Assembly: GCF_018977255.1 (NCBI RefSeq)
Contig: NW_024704742.1
Span: 82,338,001-82,402,000 of the forward strand
Reading direction: 5' to 3'
Source: Callorhinchus milii
Lineage: Eukaryota
Length of the DNA: 64,000 bases
Made by a program: the position numbers and the translations under genes. Positions 13,376 through 24,596 of this stretch are shown here, one piece after another (within the stretch, counting starts at the first letter, position 1; each line of letters starts with the position of its first letter). A model generated the notes under the pieces. That model saw only the letters and a list, made by a program, of their open reading frames with translations. It had not been told where the DNA came from and searched no databases.

Positions 13376-13391
13376 GTTTATCTAGTTATTT

Positions 13392-13750
13392 AGAGTTGTG
13401 TAGCATATTGGCTAGTGCGCTCGACTCGCAAGCAAGAGGACCCGGGTTCGATACCCAGCAGGGTGAAACCTTAGGCAAGTTTGCTTACTCCACACGCCTG
13501 TTTTCCTTGCAGTAAGTAGGTACCCAGCTATTAGTCAGATTGCTTTCTGGGGGTAATAATCCCTTCAAAGAATAATAATAATTTGATCACTCAATCCATG
13601 ACTACACGTGGGGTACTGCTGTGTGCAATTGGCTGTCGCGTGTCATCCACAAAATACAGTTAATTCACTTTGCAGTATATTCTGTGAAGCGCTTTGAGAC
13701 ATCTTGAAGAGATAATGAAGCGCTATATCAAATGCAAGGATTATTATTAA
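13392..13750 (+). mobile_element. tRNA-Ala-derived SINE, long subfamily
   Basis: tRNA-like head with B box gggttcgatacc, ccttaggcaagtt CORE-like segment, gcagtaagtagg block, L2-like tail and (TTA)n. Confidence 0.88.
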
Positions 13751-14224
13751 TTATGTGTTGTGAAGAACAGGAGTTTGGGATTATTTTTGGCCTCCAGGAG
13801 GCCTGGGAGTAGGTGGGGTTTGGGCTTGAGCGAGAGAGAGGAAATGTATAAACAGATATTGTATCTAATTCTCTCACATGAATTTAGCATGAATTTAAAT
13901 ACAATTTACTCCCACTGCTTTTCCTGCATGTCTCATCTATGTACTGGTATTCAACACTCTGGGTAATGTAATTAATTGTGAACTGTTTGTTCACCTCTCT
14001 CTGAACTCGAGTTGTTAACACCCTCGTTGTGGATTATCACTCATGTTCAACATGTCATTAGGCGTCAGATTATCTGTTAATCTTTTGTCTTCTGTTATCT
14101 TGAATTCTATAATAACATTTCCCCTGAACTCTCTTTCTCCATTCTGAACATTCCCAGCTTCTCTTCATAATTCAGGTGCCTAATTCAATTCTAACTATCA
14201 ATTTAGTTGCCCTTCACTTCTGAC

Positions 14225-14480
14225 AATAGCTGGAAGCTGCAAGACAGCATTTGTATAGCACACTGCACAGTTTAGCTGGTTAAACTCCAGCAGAACCCTA
14301 ACACACACTCTGGGGTTCCCCAGGCTCGACCCTTGTGAACATATCCCTTATACTTTCTCAGATTAGGTGACACACCTGCTCACCTGATTTCCATATGTGG
14401 GTGGCATGCTCATGTGGAACTGTCATTCTGGGTTGGATACTGTTAAACATGTGTGTCAAGCCCTCGACTGACTAAAAAAA
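14225..14480 (+). repeat. Family U, 5'-truncated copy
   Basis: tttagctggttaaactccag...acacacactctgggg...ggttggatac...gactgactaaaaaaa. Confidence 0.72.
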
Positions 14481-14850
14481 TCCTTGGATCTGTACTCCAG
14501 CGTACACTTTATCCCTTTTATTCCTATAAATTAATCTTACACACTCTCCCCTCTGTAAAAGCACGATGAGTCTCTCCTTGAATTCTGTGTCCCTTTGTGC
14601 GTCATTATTTCTGCATTCCAAAGTCTTCGCTGCAACAGATGTCAGGTTCGCTGAAGTGTAGTTGCTTGGGTTATCTTTTTTCCATTTTTAAATAGGTGTC
14701 AAGTTTCCTGTTCTCCAGGCTCTGGCACCACTATTTGTTTTTTCAGTGAGTGCCTGAACATGCCTTGCCAGAACAAGTACCTTTTTGCGCTCTTGAATGA
14801 GGCCTCATGCCTACTTTGGGAAGATAAGTCTATGTTTACTTTTGAAGTAA

Positions 14851-15474
14851 TTTTGTTTGGTCAGCCGGACGCATAACCCCATTACCTGGTTGAAGTATAT
14901 TCAAACCAGACTGAAAGTTCAACATACATATGCTTCTTATATAAATTTCCCTGTGTCTCAAATGGAATGTGTGCTCTGTCTGTGGAGGGGCGCATGCTGC
15001 TTACCTAATCCTGATATGTAACGGGCACAAGTTCATGAAAGCCAAGGCTTGGGCCCCAGAGTGTGAGTTCGGGTACTGCTGGAATCTAACTAGCTAAAAC
15101 CGCATAGCTTGCCATGATATTGCTATCTGCAAGCTTTCCCACTGCTTGTCCACCTAGGACTATCCTGCCTAGCAGGGCTTTGGCTTGCAGTGTTAACAGG
15201 AGTTGAGTGGGAGGAATCCCTGTGCTAACGGCTGGTCTGCCCTTCCGAGTCCTCCCAATGAGCCAGGCTGGCTGTGGTGTGATCAGCAATGCCTTGGAAT
15301 ATTGTGGAGACGGCGGGCTCAGGAACCGGACTACTGCGACCGCTACAAAGGTGCCGATTCCGACATTCCAATGCCAGGCATGTCACCTTGTAGCCAGTTC
15401 AGCTTCAAGGAGACTTCGCTAACTCCACCCCCCCACCAACCTCCGCCCCCAGGAGGATAGTCATTAGTTGGTCA
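14851..15474 (-). repeat. Family U, full-length copy B (about 624 bp)
   Basis: Both ends are present: sense 5' tgaccaactaatgactatcct and sense 3' ccggctgaccaaacaaaa. Confidence 0.85.
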
Positions 15475-15960
15475 TTCAATATCCGATAAGCGTGGGTTTG
15501 AGCCCCCACTAGGTGGATGGTAGGTACCAAGAACTCCTGCCCTGCGAGCTTCCCGCTGGGCAACACATCTCAGCATGAATTGCATGAGAGCATTGTCACG
15601 ATCTTTCTGTCTGCAGCTCGGGCACCAATACCTGTCCTGGGTAAGATGAAATGTGTTCATTAGGAAGTGCAACCCATTCAGTGCTGGAAATATTTAAACA
15701 CTACCTGCAAAGCTTAGTTCATCCTAACGGAAAGCTGCCAGGGGGAATAATTGGCGTACTATATTGAATTTCTTTTAGAGAATCACTCAGTTGAGTTTGA
15801 TGAATTCTAACAAATACCTTGTAACGTCAGATTTTTTTTCTCACTTGTTTCTAAAGCAAAAAATTGCTGGCTTAATAAGGCAGTGTTTGCCTTTATTTAG
15901 AATAGTCCCAAGAGTCTGTAACTGTACGAGGCAATAAATACTGAGTGCTGCAAAATGCGG

Positions 15961-16685
15961 CATCCATGGTCTTGCTCCCCCCCTACCTCTCCAACCTCCT
16001 AATAATAATAATAATAATAATAATCCTTGCATTTGATATAGCGCTTTTCACGTCAGGAGGACGTCCCAAAGCGCTTCACAGAACACACTGTAAAGTGAAT
16101 TGACTGTACATTTGTGGGTGAACGCGGCAGCCAATTGCGCACAGCAATGTCCCACAAACAGTCGTAACAGATTGAAAATGACCAATTTATTGTTGTTTTG
16201 GTTTTTTTTTGGAGGGATTATTATTAGGCGTCTGGAGTAAGGAAACTTGCCCAAGGTTTCGCCCTCTGCCTGGAATTGAACTCAGGTCTCTCACTTGCAA
16301 AGCGAGTGCTCTAACCACTGAGCTACAGGACTCCTAACCCCCTACCGTCCTGCTTGCTCTCTCCGCTCAGCGGGCTCTGGCCTGCTTCACGTTCCCCCGC
16401 CTTGCTCATCCTACTATCGGCGGGTGGGCCTTCCACCACTCTGCCCACACCCTCTGGAACTTCATCCCACAGTCCCTCCATCTCGCCCCCTCCCTTACCA
16501 CCTTCAAGACCCAACTCAAGACCCTCCTCTTCAACCGTGCTTTTGATCTCCCTGCTTCACCCCCTGCGTTATCCCTTCCCCCACCCTGACCCTCAGCTCG
16601 GGTCCGTAACTCTGTCTGTCCAGCACCTTGGGATGTCCTCCCGAAGTGGAAGGCGCTATATAAATGTAATTGTATTGTTGTTGGA
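15961..16685 (+). mobile_element. L2 3' fragment split by a SINE insertion
   Basis: catccatggtcttgctcccccctacctctccaacctcctaa continues after the SINE as ctcctaaccccctacc through the L2 tail and (TTG)n. Confidence 0.85.
16003..16334 (-). mobile_element. Young tRNA-Ala(TGC)-derived SINE, short subfamily
   Basis: Reverse strand begins ggagtcctgtagctcagtggttagagcactcgctttgcaag; nearly identical to 38423-38752; (TTA)n tail. Confidence 0.95.
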
Positions 16686-17104
16686 TTCTTTTCCGAGGAT
16701 TTGATAGTGTGCACTGGAGTAAAACAGCAGTCATACCAGTATTGGCTATGGTAAATGGGCGTAATTTACAAAACCAACTTGCATTTCTGAAGGGTCCTTC
16801 ACACAGGATAGGGTCTCAGAGTACTTGAATATACCTTGCTTCACCTCGCATCACGATTCACAACATGGTTATGTTGATCAATTCTGATTAAGTATTAAAA
16901 TTAATTTATCCTCGGCCTGAATTTTCTTTTACTTGAATGCAATCTCATCCCAGCTTATGGTGCTTTTTTTTATATTAAATTTTTTTTGCAAGTTTATTTC
17001 CAATGAGAGTACTCTTACAACTTTGACTTCATTATTTTGTCATATTATTATCGTCCCAGAGGGTCCAACTCTTCTTTGTCCTGCTTTCCAGATTAGTTAC
17101 AGTA

Positions 17105-17743
17105 TTAATAAAAAAAATTCTTGCATATGATATAGCGCCTTATCACCTCAGGGAGATGTTTCAGAGTATTTGTCAGGATTTTACTGTACATTATAGTAAC
17201 TGTGTATTTTATGGGTGAATGTGGCATCGATTTGGGCAAAGCAATGTCCCACAAACAGCCATTAAGTGAATGCCAAATATTACCTGACCAGAACACAGGG
17301 AGAAATTCCCTTCTGTGTTTGAATAGTGCCATGGGATCTTTAACATCCAACTGTGCAGGCAGATAACACTTCTATTAATATCTTATTTGAAGAACGGCAC
17401 TACTGACAACCCTAGCGCTGCATTGGCGTGTCAGCCTAGACCAGTGGTGTCCAACCATTTTGTTCAGCCAACAAAATAAATTTTCTTTACTGAATATTTC
17501 TTGATTTATGCCATAAAATCAAGAAATATTTCACCAAGAAAAGCCGGGAAACACACTGCCGATCAAAATTGACTTTCCTAGACTCGTAAGAATGTTCGGT
17601 GGTGGAGTGGAGTGGGGCAGGAGTTGGTCACTTCATCGCAGTCATGATGGGTTGGCCACGACTGGCTTAGACGAAAACATAAAATATGGGGCTTGATCCC
17701 ACAACCTCCTGACTCAGAGTGCTACTGACTGAGCCAGGCTGAC
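17105..17743 (-). mobile_element. DeuSINE-type SINE hosting a hAT MITE
   Basis: Head at about 17743 (reverse strand gtcagcctggctcagtcagtagcactctgagtcaggaggttgtgggatcaagcccc), Deu core at about 17290-17400, tail at about 17105. Confidence 0.8.
17442..17664. mobile_element. hAT (Charlie-like) MITE, 223 bp
   Basis: TIRs cagtggtgtccaacc / ggttggccacgactg (13/15); 8-bp TSD gcctagac / gcttagac (7/8). Confidence 0.85.
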
Positions 17744-18399
17744 TCACTGTGGAGCACAAAAGAATATCAGAGTGGAAGAATAAAGAGGAAAGGAGAAGAT
17801 TGTCTGAAGCATGGATAAGGCGAGAGGGAAAATTGTAAATCGATATCTTACCCCCCCACCAGAATATAAGTATGTGCTGAGCCACAATTGCCTGTTACTG
17901 TTTCACCTCGGGTGCGTATCTCACAGTCCAGAGTTGGCGCTTTACGGGAGGCCACACTTGGGATAAATTAACCCGTCAATGGTTTCCACTCATTATTCAT
18001 TTGGGTAGGTGAGACCAGCATTGGGCGTGTGATACCTGCTGTGCACTGGAGCCTCTGAGCTGACACTTTTGGCAGAGCATGTTTTTTTAAAAGTCAAGAA
18101 ACCTCAGTGGAGCTTCACCGAATTGCCTTTATGGCAGTTTTCTGGGTGTTTGATTCTCCACTGGGGTGTGAGATTCTGCACTAGCAACTAATGGCAGGGG
18201 TTAAAATATGATACCATCTCTGTACCCCACTTAATAGAATTAATCTCTGATACTGCGGCACTAAAATTGTCTTGGCAACGAAGTGTGGGAAATAAATCTC
18301 CCTTGCGTCTGGACTTCATTACTCAGTTGTAAGTAAATTCAATGTATGCTGCACGAATTTATACTGTTGTATTTGTACACAAGTTACAAGAAAAGTACT

Positions 18400-18610
18400 T
18401 TGGAATTCATTGCTGCAAGTGGGTATTCAGGCTGAATCAATAGAGTCATTCAAAAGGGAACTGGATAAGTAGCTGGGCTGTAAAAATATTAAGGTGTATG
18501 GAGAGAGAAAGCTAGAAAGTGGAATTATTTAAAAAAATATGAATAATTTAGAAAAAAGAACAGAAGCACAGACAGGAAATGATTAAATTGCCCCTTCTGT
18601 GCAGGAAATT
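18400..18610 (+). mobile_element. Old CR1 3' fragment
   Basis: tggaattcattg...gagtcattcaaaagggaactggataag...gtatggagagagaaag, similar to 8360-8560. Confidence 0.6.
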
Positions 18611-18749
18611 TGGAATTGTTCTCAGGAATTATCACACAAAAATATCCAAATATGCTTCAGGTAATTGCTGTCAAGTGTGGTGACTATTTTCACCAGGCAA
18701 ATGTGGCAGTGATTTTCAAGAATAATCACATAAATCGGCCATTATCATG

Positions 18750-19010
18750 TCATATTACATCGTTAATGCTTCTCAAAGCTCTTCACGGGATTTTCTGTAG
18801 TGTAGTGACTCTGAACTTGTAGGTAAAATGCAATAGCCAATTTGCACACACAGCAATGCCCCACAGACAGCTCTGAAGTGAATTGTTGGCCAGGACACCA
18901 GCAGAAATTCCCTTTTCTTTTCAAGTAGGACCATGGATCTTAAACATCCACTTGAACAGGCAGAAGGGACCTCAGTTTTGCATCTCATCCATAGGTCGTT
19001 ACCTCAGACA
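18750..19010 (-). mobile_element. DeuSINE fragment
   Basis: Reverse Deu core: ttggccaggacacca...ccatggatcttaaacatccacttgaacaggcaga. Confidence 0.65.
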
Positions 19011-19629
19011 ATATAAATCAGCTTTTTGTACAAGCCATAAAATGTAACAAATATTTATGAAAGAAGCACTTGGAAGAAAACATGTGTGCAAATTACAAAC
19101 AATCTGCTGCAGTGTTGGAGGAGAAATAAAGCAGCCATAGTTTCAAATTCTATGCGGAGATTCAGAATCTACTGAAAAAAAGACAAAAGATAAAAATAAA
19201 TGTTTAGTTCATTGCCCCCTCCTCCCCGCCACCCACTCCAGGTATGTGACGCTCACTATATTTTTAAAAAATTGGTGGTTTAAAATCAGCCTCTGTTGTA
19301 TTGCTGTTTGCCTAAAGAATTGTCACGGTGGTGTATTTAACATGTTGTTCATTTGTATGAAAGGAAGATGGCAGTGCAAACCTGAATGTGGATTTGTACC
19401 TTCCTGGAGGCATTGTGTTCTGATGTGTACACAGTATATCGGTTCACCCAAGTAAAAAGCTTTTTTTTCCCCAGAATTGCAGCGCGAAAATTTATTTTTA
19501 GTCATTTTAGATCATTGATGGTTGGTGTGTGTATATATATATATATAAAAATTCTCAGTGATAATGAAATACTGCTGACATTCACGTAGACAGCCAGGAA
19601 AATTACCTAATAAGATTTATCAATGCCAT

Positions 19630-19980
19630 CATTTCAAGATCCTCCACTCACCTACAAATCACTTCAAGGCGAAGCAAATCCATATCTCTCCAAAGTGTTT
19701 GAACCCCACTCCTCTACCCCACCCCATTCCCCCACCCAGTCCCTTCTCTGGTTTTCATGTCCCTCGTTCCCTGTGCTGCACCATTGGCAGCTGTGTTTTC
19801 AGTCATTCTGCCTCAAAGCTCTGGACTTCCTGCCTCAATCTCTCCACCATTACCCTTTTTCCCATTCTTCCGATCGTGATCATTCCCTTCTACCTTCTTT
19901 GTCAAACTCAACGATTGTTAAGTGCTCCAAGATGCCATCCTGCGTGAAGGACGCTTTTTAAATGCAAGTAGTTGTCATTG
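19630..19980 (+). mobile_element. Old L2 3' fragment
   Basis: atttcaagatcctccactcacctacaa...ctctggacttcctgcc...gcgtgaaggacgcttttta aatgcaagtagttg. Confidence 0.7.
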
Positions 19981-21384
19981 TAATACACAATTGTCTTTCA
20001 AATCATTGTAAAGCACAATAACGTGGGGAATATCGTGTTCGTGGCAAAGAAATTTGCAGTTACTTAAATGTTGGGAAATCGAGAGTGCCGGGCAATGCGT
20101 TTGCATAGCAGTTAATAAAGGAATGGCTATCCTGGGGAACATCACAATGAGAGCAGAGCTTTCTGTAACACCAATAACTGCATCTCACAGGAGCTGGCAT
20201 CACATTTAATTAAAAGCCGTCAAAAGCAAACTGAAAAATTGTATCATAAAAATCTGTCCTGTCCCAGCAGCGTGAGGTGATGACATGTGAGCCCTGCAAC
20301 CAATAATGATTTGATAAGATAAACTGCCCTCAACTTGTAATCCACTCCGCCAGATATCAGCATCGGTTAGAGCAGATTAATAGAGCAATCACTAACTCAC
20401 TGTCTTACATCCCTGCTACCTAGTCTCTCGATCACCATTTCAACACATAGCATCAGTGATTGATAAATTGAAATGGGAGCAGGTCAGAATTCAATTTGTT
20501 TCACTCTTCCCTCTTCACTCGTGGCTTAAATAATTCAGGTGGAATGTTTCCTGGACAAGTCTGTCAGCCCCCAGCATTTGAGTAACTGCATTTATTGACA
20601 ATGTCGGTTTCCTATGCAAGCTCAATCTCTTTGCTCAGCAAAGTCAGGATCCAAAGAATTCGTCAGTATTGACCATTCTGCCTCGAGGGAACTCTCGTGT
20701 GAAGTGACTGATGAGAAGATGTGATGGCAGTGCAACGCTGGTGACATATCTATGACTACTTTAAAGATTCAAATTAACAACGCTCCATGCAACCCATAAA
20801 ATATTAAACCTCTCCATCTCTCGAAAGAGTAAAATGATTTGAAACGATGTATTTCCCTTTTTATAATCATATCTAGTTAAGGGGGAAGGGAGAGGAATAG
20901 TGTTCCTGTTGTGGTCTAATCATATTTCCTTAGATTAGATGGTGTGTGATATAGTCCCATTGCAGACACTAAGGTACTGACAGTTGTATCCTCTGTCTGC
21001 AAGAGGCAAATACTCAATTTTATACAACAAAAAATATGTCCTGATCAACAATCCCCCCTAGATAAAATTGGTCATTCACTTCATGGCTATTTGTGGGACA
21101 TTGCTAAGTGCAAATAGACTGCTGCATTCACAAACAAAATACTCAATCACTATACTTTACAGTAAATCCTGTACAGCACTTTGAGCTGTCTCACAAACAT
21201 GATAAGGAAAATGCAAGGAACCTTATTATAATATTCAAACCATCAGATTAGTGTGGTAGTGTTTTAGCATGATTAAAATACCAATGGCTTTAAACAAAGG
21301 ATGGGCCAGGATAAAGGATGGGCCAAGAATAATATTCAGGAACTCTTCAATGTTGAATGGGATGGAAAATTATTATTCAGAACC

Positions 21385-21535
21385 ACCAAGACAGCAGAAC
21401 AAGAGAATACAGGTTTAGGGTTTGTAATTTCAGGTTGGTCACCAAAAAATGTTTCTTTACCCAAAGGATAGTTTATGCCTGGAAAAGGTTACCACAAAGG
21501 GTGGTGGAGGCCAGGGCAGTGGACTCAGATAAAAA
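21385..21535 (+). mobile_element. CR1 3' ORF2 fragment, target of the adjacent L2 insertion
   Basis: Peptide FFTQRIVYAWKRLPQRVVEA is typical of the CR1 ORF2 C-terminus. Confidence 0.7.
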
Positions 21536-21539
21536 GAAC

Positions 21540-23040
21540 AACAACAACAACAACTTGGATTTATATAGCGCCCTCCACGTTGGACGACGTCTCAGAGCAC
21601 TTCACAGTAACGGATCCCGGGCCCGAGCCAGGGGGAGGGGGAGGAAGGTGACCAAAGGCGCGGTCGAAAAGAAAGGACTTCAGCAGAGACCTGAAAATAA
21701 GAAGGGAGGGAGCGAGGCAAAGGGAGTGAGGAAGGGAATTCCAGAGCCTCGGGGCATAGTGGCTGAAGGCACGGCCACTAAGGGTGGAGCGGAGGACTCG
21801 GGGGCGAGGAGGAGGCCAGACCCGGAGGAACGAAGGCAACGGGTACTGTTTTGAGGAGAGAGGAGGTCAGAGAGGTAGGGGAGTGCAGAGGAGTGCAGGG
21901 ACTTGAATACAAGGGTGAGGATCTTGAAATCGATTCTCTCTGGGACAGGCAGCCAGTGCAGTCTGGCAAGGACTAGGGCAATCGGGGAAAGGAGTTTTGT
22001 ATGAGTGAGAATGCGGGCGGCAAAGTTTTGAATAATTTGGATTTTATGGACGGTAGTGGATGGGAGACCGGCGAGGAGGGCGTTAGAGTAGTCCAGCCGA
22101 GAGGTGACAAAGGCATAGACCAGGGTTTCAGCGGCTTTTCGGGAGAGGTATTGACGGAGATGGGCAGTTGGTCGGAGGTGAAACAAAGCGGTGCTGGTGA
22201 GGGACCGGATGCGGGGGACGAAGGATAATTCAAACCTGATGCCTAGGTTGCGTACAGGTTCAGGGAGTTTTAGGGGGAGGTCGGGTAGGTGGAGGAGGTG
22301 AGAGCCGTGAGATTTTAGACGTTGACGAGAGCCAAAGAGTATGGCTTCCGTCTTGTCAACGTTCAGCTGAAGGAAGTTTGCGCTCATCCAGCCCCTAAGA
22401 TCTGACAGGCAGGCTGACAGAACATCAAGGGACTGGAGGTCGCAAAGAGAGGTGGAAAAATAGAGTTGGGTGTCATCTGCATACCCCATGTCTGTGGATG
22501 ACATCCCCAAGAGGAAGCATGTAGATCAGAAAGAGGAGGGGGCCAAGGATGGATCCTTGGTGTAGCCAGCAGGTGACTGGGTGAGAGTGGGAGGAGAAGC
22601 TGTTTGTGCAGATGTACTGCTGGTGGTTTGTGAGGTAGGACTTGAACCAGGCAAATGCGGTCTCACTGAGGTGGATGACAAAGGAATGGCGGTGGAGGAG
22701 GATGGCGTGATCGACTGTGTCGAAAGCGGCGGAGAGGTCCAGGAGGACAAGGAGGCAGAGGGAGCCCTGGTCACAGATAGAGAGGATGTCACTTGTGACT
22801 TTCACAAGCGCAGTGTCTGTACTGTGGGCAGAGCGGAAACCGGACTGGACGGAGTGGGAGGAGAGGTGTGCGCGAAGTTGGTTGGGAACAACGCATTCTA
22901 GAACTTTTGCGAGGAAGGACAGGTTAGAAATGGGGCGGTAATGGCTGGGATTTGAGGGATCTAGAGAAGGTTTTTTCAGTGGGGGGGTGGGGGGTGATGA
23001 CAGCAGTTTTGAGGGAGGCAGGGACTGATCTGGAGGAGAA
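21540..23040 (-). mobile_element. 5'-truncated L2 LINE with frameshifted RT domain (about 1.5 kb)
   Basis: ORF 22473-23081 (YRPISNLSFLAKVLE, QSGFRSAHST, LLDLSAAFDTVDH, QGSILGPLLF) and ORF 21680-22510 (YADDTQLY, SRLDYSNALL, LHWLPV); (TTG)n tail; candidate TSD aaaaagaac at 21531 and 23041. Confidence 0.96.
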
Positions 23041-23094
23041 AAAAAGAACCTCTTGATTGGTGGAGCGTTATATACGTGCAAGTTGTTGTTGTAT

Positions 23095-23400
23095 TGTCAG
23101 TGGTGCTGTCCTTTGGATGAGGCATTAAATTGAAGTCCTATCTGCCTGTACAGGTGGATGTCAAAGTTGATCCCACAATGCTACACCTGGTGTGCTGGCC
23201 AACTATTTCCTCATTCACTTCATGGCTGTTTGTGGACATTGATGTGTGCAAGTTGGCTGTTGCGATTGCCTCCAGTGACTACTTTTTACGATAAATCCTG
23301 TGAAGCACTTTGAGACTTCCTCCTGATGTAATGTGAAAGACACCATACTAAATGCAAGAATTAGTTATTATTATTTTTATTATTATCATTATTATTATTA
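23095..23400 (+). mobile_element. DeuSINE fragment (core to tail)
   Basis: gtgctgtcctttggatgaggcattaaattgaagtcctatctgcctgtacaggtggatg...(TTA)n. Confidence 0.75.
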
Positions 23401-24094
23401 TAGACTTGGCCCTGTTCCCCAACTCTAAATCTAAATAGATTTGGAATATCCTGGTGATTTTGCTGAGTTAGGGAGTGAAAAAACAATCAGCGAGAATCTT
23501 GATCTTGATAACTGACCAGGAACCCTGCTGGAATGTTTGGACAGAAGATGACAAGATCAGGCTGGACTCTAATGCTCCCCGATGTTGAATTGATGAGGTT
23601 TGGCACCGCAAAGCATATTACTTACAGCACTGAACTCTTTCTTGGCTACATTTCTAACAGGAATTACCCAGCAGATTCTAGTTGTATCCTCTGAGGACAA
23701 GATCACCTCTAAGATGATGGCTCGTGTTATGTTATGACTACGTTGCGGGAGTCCTGGAAGTAGGGCATTGCCAGACTAGAAAACTTTGAATAGTGGCAGA
23801 AAAAATAAATATACCAATGTAAGTTGACCAAAGGAAAACATTTTTAATTTTATTTTTCAGTGAATTTATGCTCATTTTTGCTAGCCTTTTAAGAATGCTG
23901 ATTCAATTTTAGTGTTCATGTTGTGTTCAACATTTTTAATTTAAGTGATTGCATTGAAAGGTATGAGTTTAACAGACAAAAGGATTTATGTTTTAGATCC
24001 AATCAGGGACAGGGTTGGGCAGCCCTACCGAGACTAGGAGATCAACATTTATTTGAGAATAAAATTCAAAAAGTACATATATGGGAAAGGGAGT

Positions 24095-24250
24095 GGGACA
24101 TTCCGGATGGTGCAATGACTGAACAGGTTGAATTTTCACATCCAAGACCTAGATTTGAATCTAGTTTAGACTAATGGGATGAAAAGTCCCATGTAGAGTG
24201 GGTTTAGATAAATATTAAGCTCATAGTTCAGTCTGACGTTCCAGTGGTCT
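24095..24250 (+). mobile_element. Possible LF-SINE-related ancient SINE fragment
   Basis: ttttcacatccaagacctagatttgaatctagtttagactaatgggatgaaaagtc...ttcagtctgacgttccagtgg resembles the LF-SINE consensus as I recall it (ctttcacctctaggtcactggttcaaatccagccc...tcagtccagttcctagtgg). Confidence 0.4.
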
Positions 24251-24369
24251 CCTGAGGATCTTTACTTTGTTGATAATGAATGACATCCATGGGAATGAAA
24301 GATTAAGCGCTCTGGGATGCTACCCTACGTGAGGGATGCTATATAAATGCAGGTTGTTGTTGTAAACTC

Positions 24370-24590
24370 AAACTCTTTCTACCTGTTAGGGTGGATGTTA
24401 AAGATCCAACGGCACGATTAGAAAGAGAAGGAAGTTTCTTTTAATGACCTGACCAACAATCCTTCTCGTTAAAAAAAGGTAATATGTTTAATGGGTGTTT
24501 GTCAGACTTTGATGTGCACAAATTTGGCTGTCACGTTTGCATCCGGTCACTACACTTGACAGTAATTACCTGTGAAAGGCTTTGAGACAT
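24370..24590 (+). mobile_element. DeuSINE fragment
   Basis: ggtggatgttaaagatccaacggcac...tgtgcacaaatttggctg...ggctttgagacat. Confidence 0.7.
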
Positions 24591-24596
24591 TTTATA

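Noticed and set aside
17820..18250. Possible old palindromic (Harbinger-like) MITE
   Set aside because: Only patchy inverted similarity; the termini cannot be defined.
23761..24027. Tip100-like MITE (tagggcattgccag ... tgggcagcccta)
   Set aside because: The TIR match is poor and there is no 8-bp TSD.
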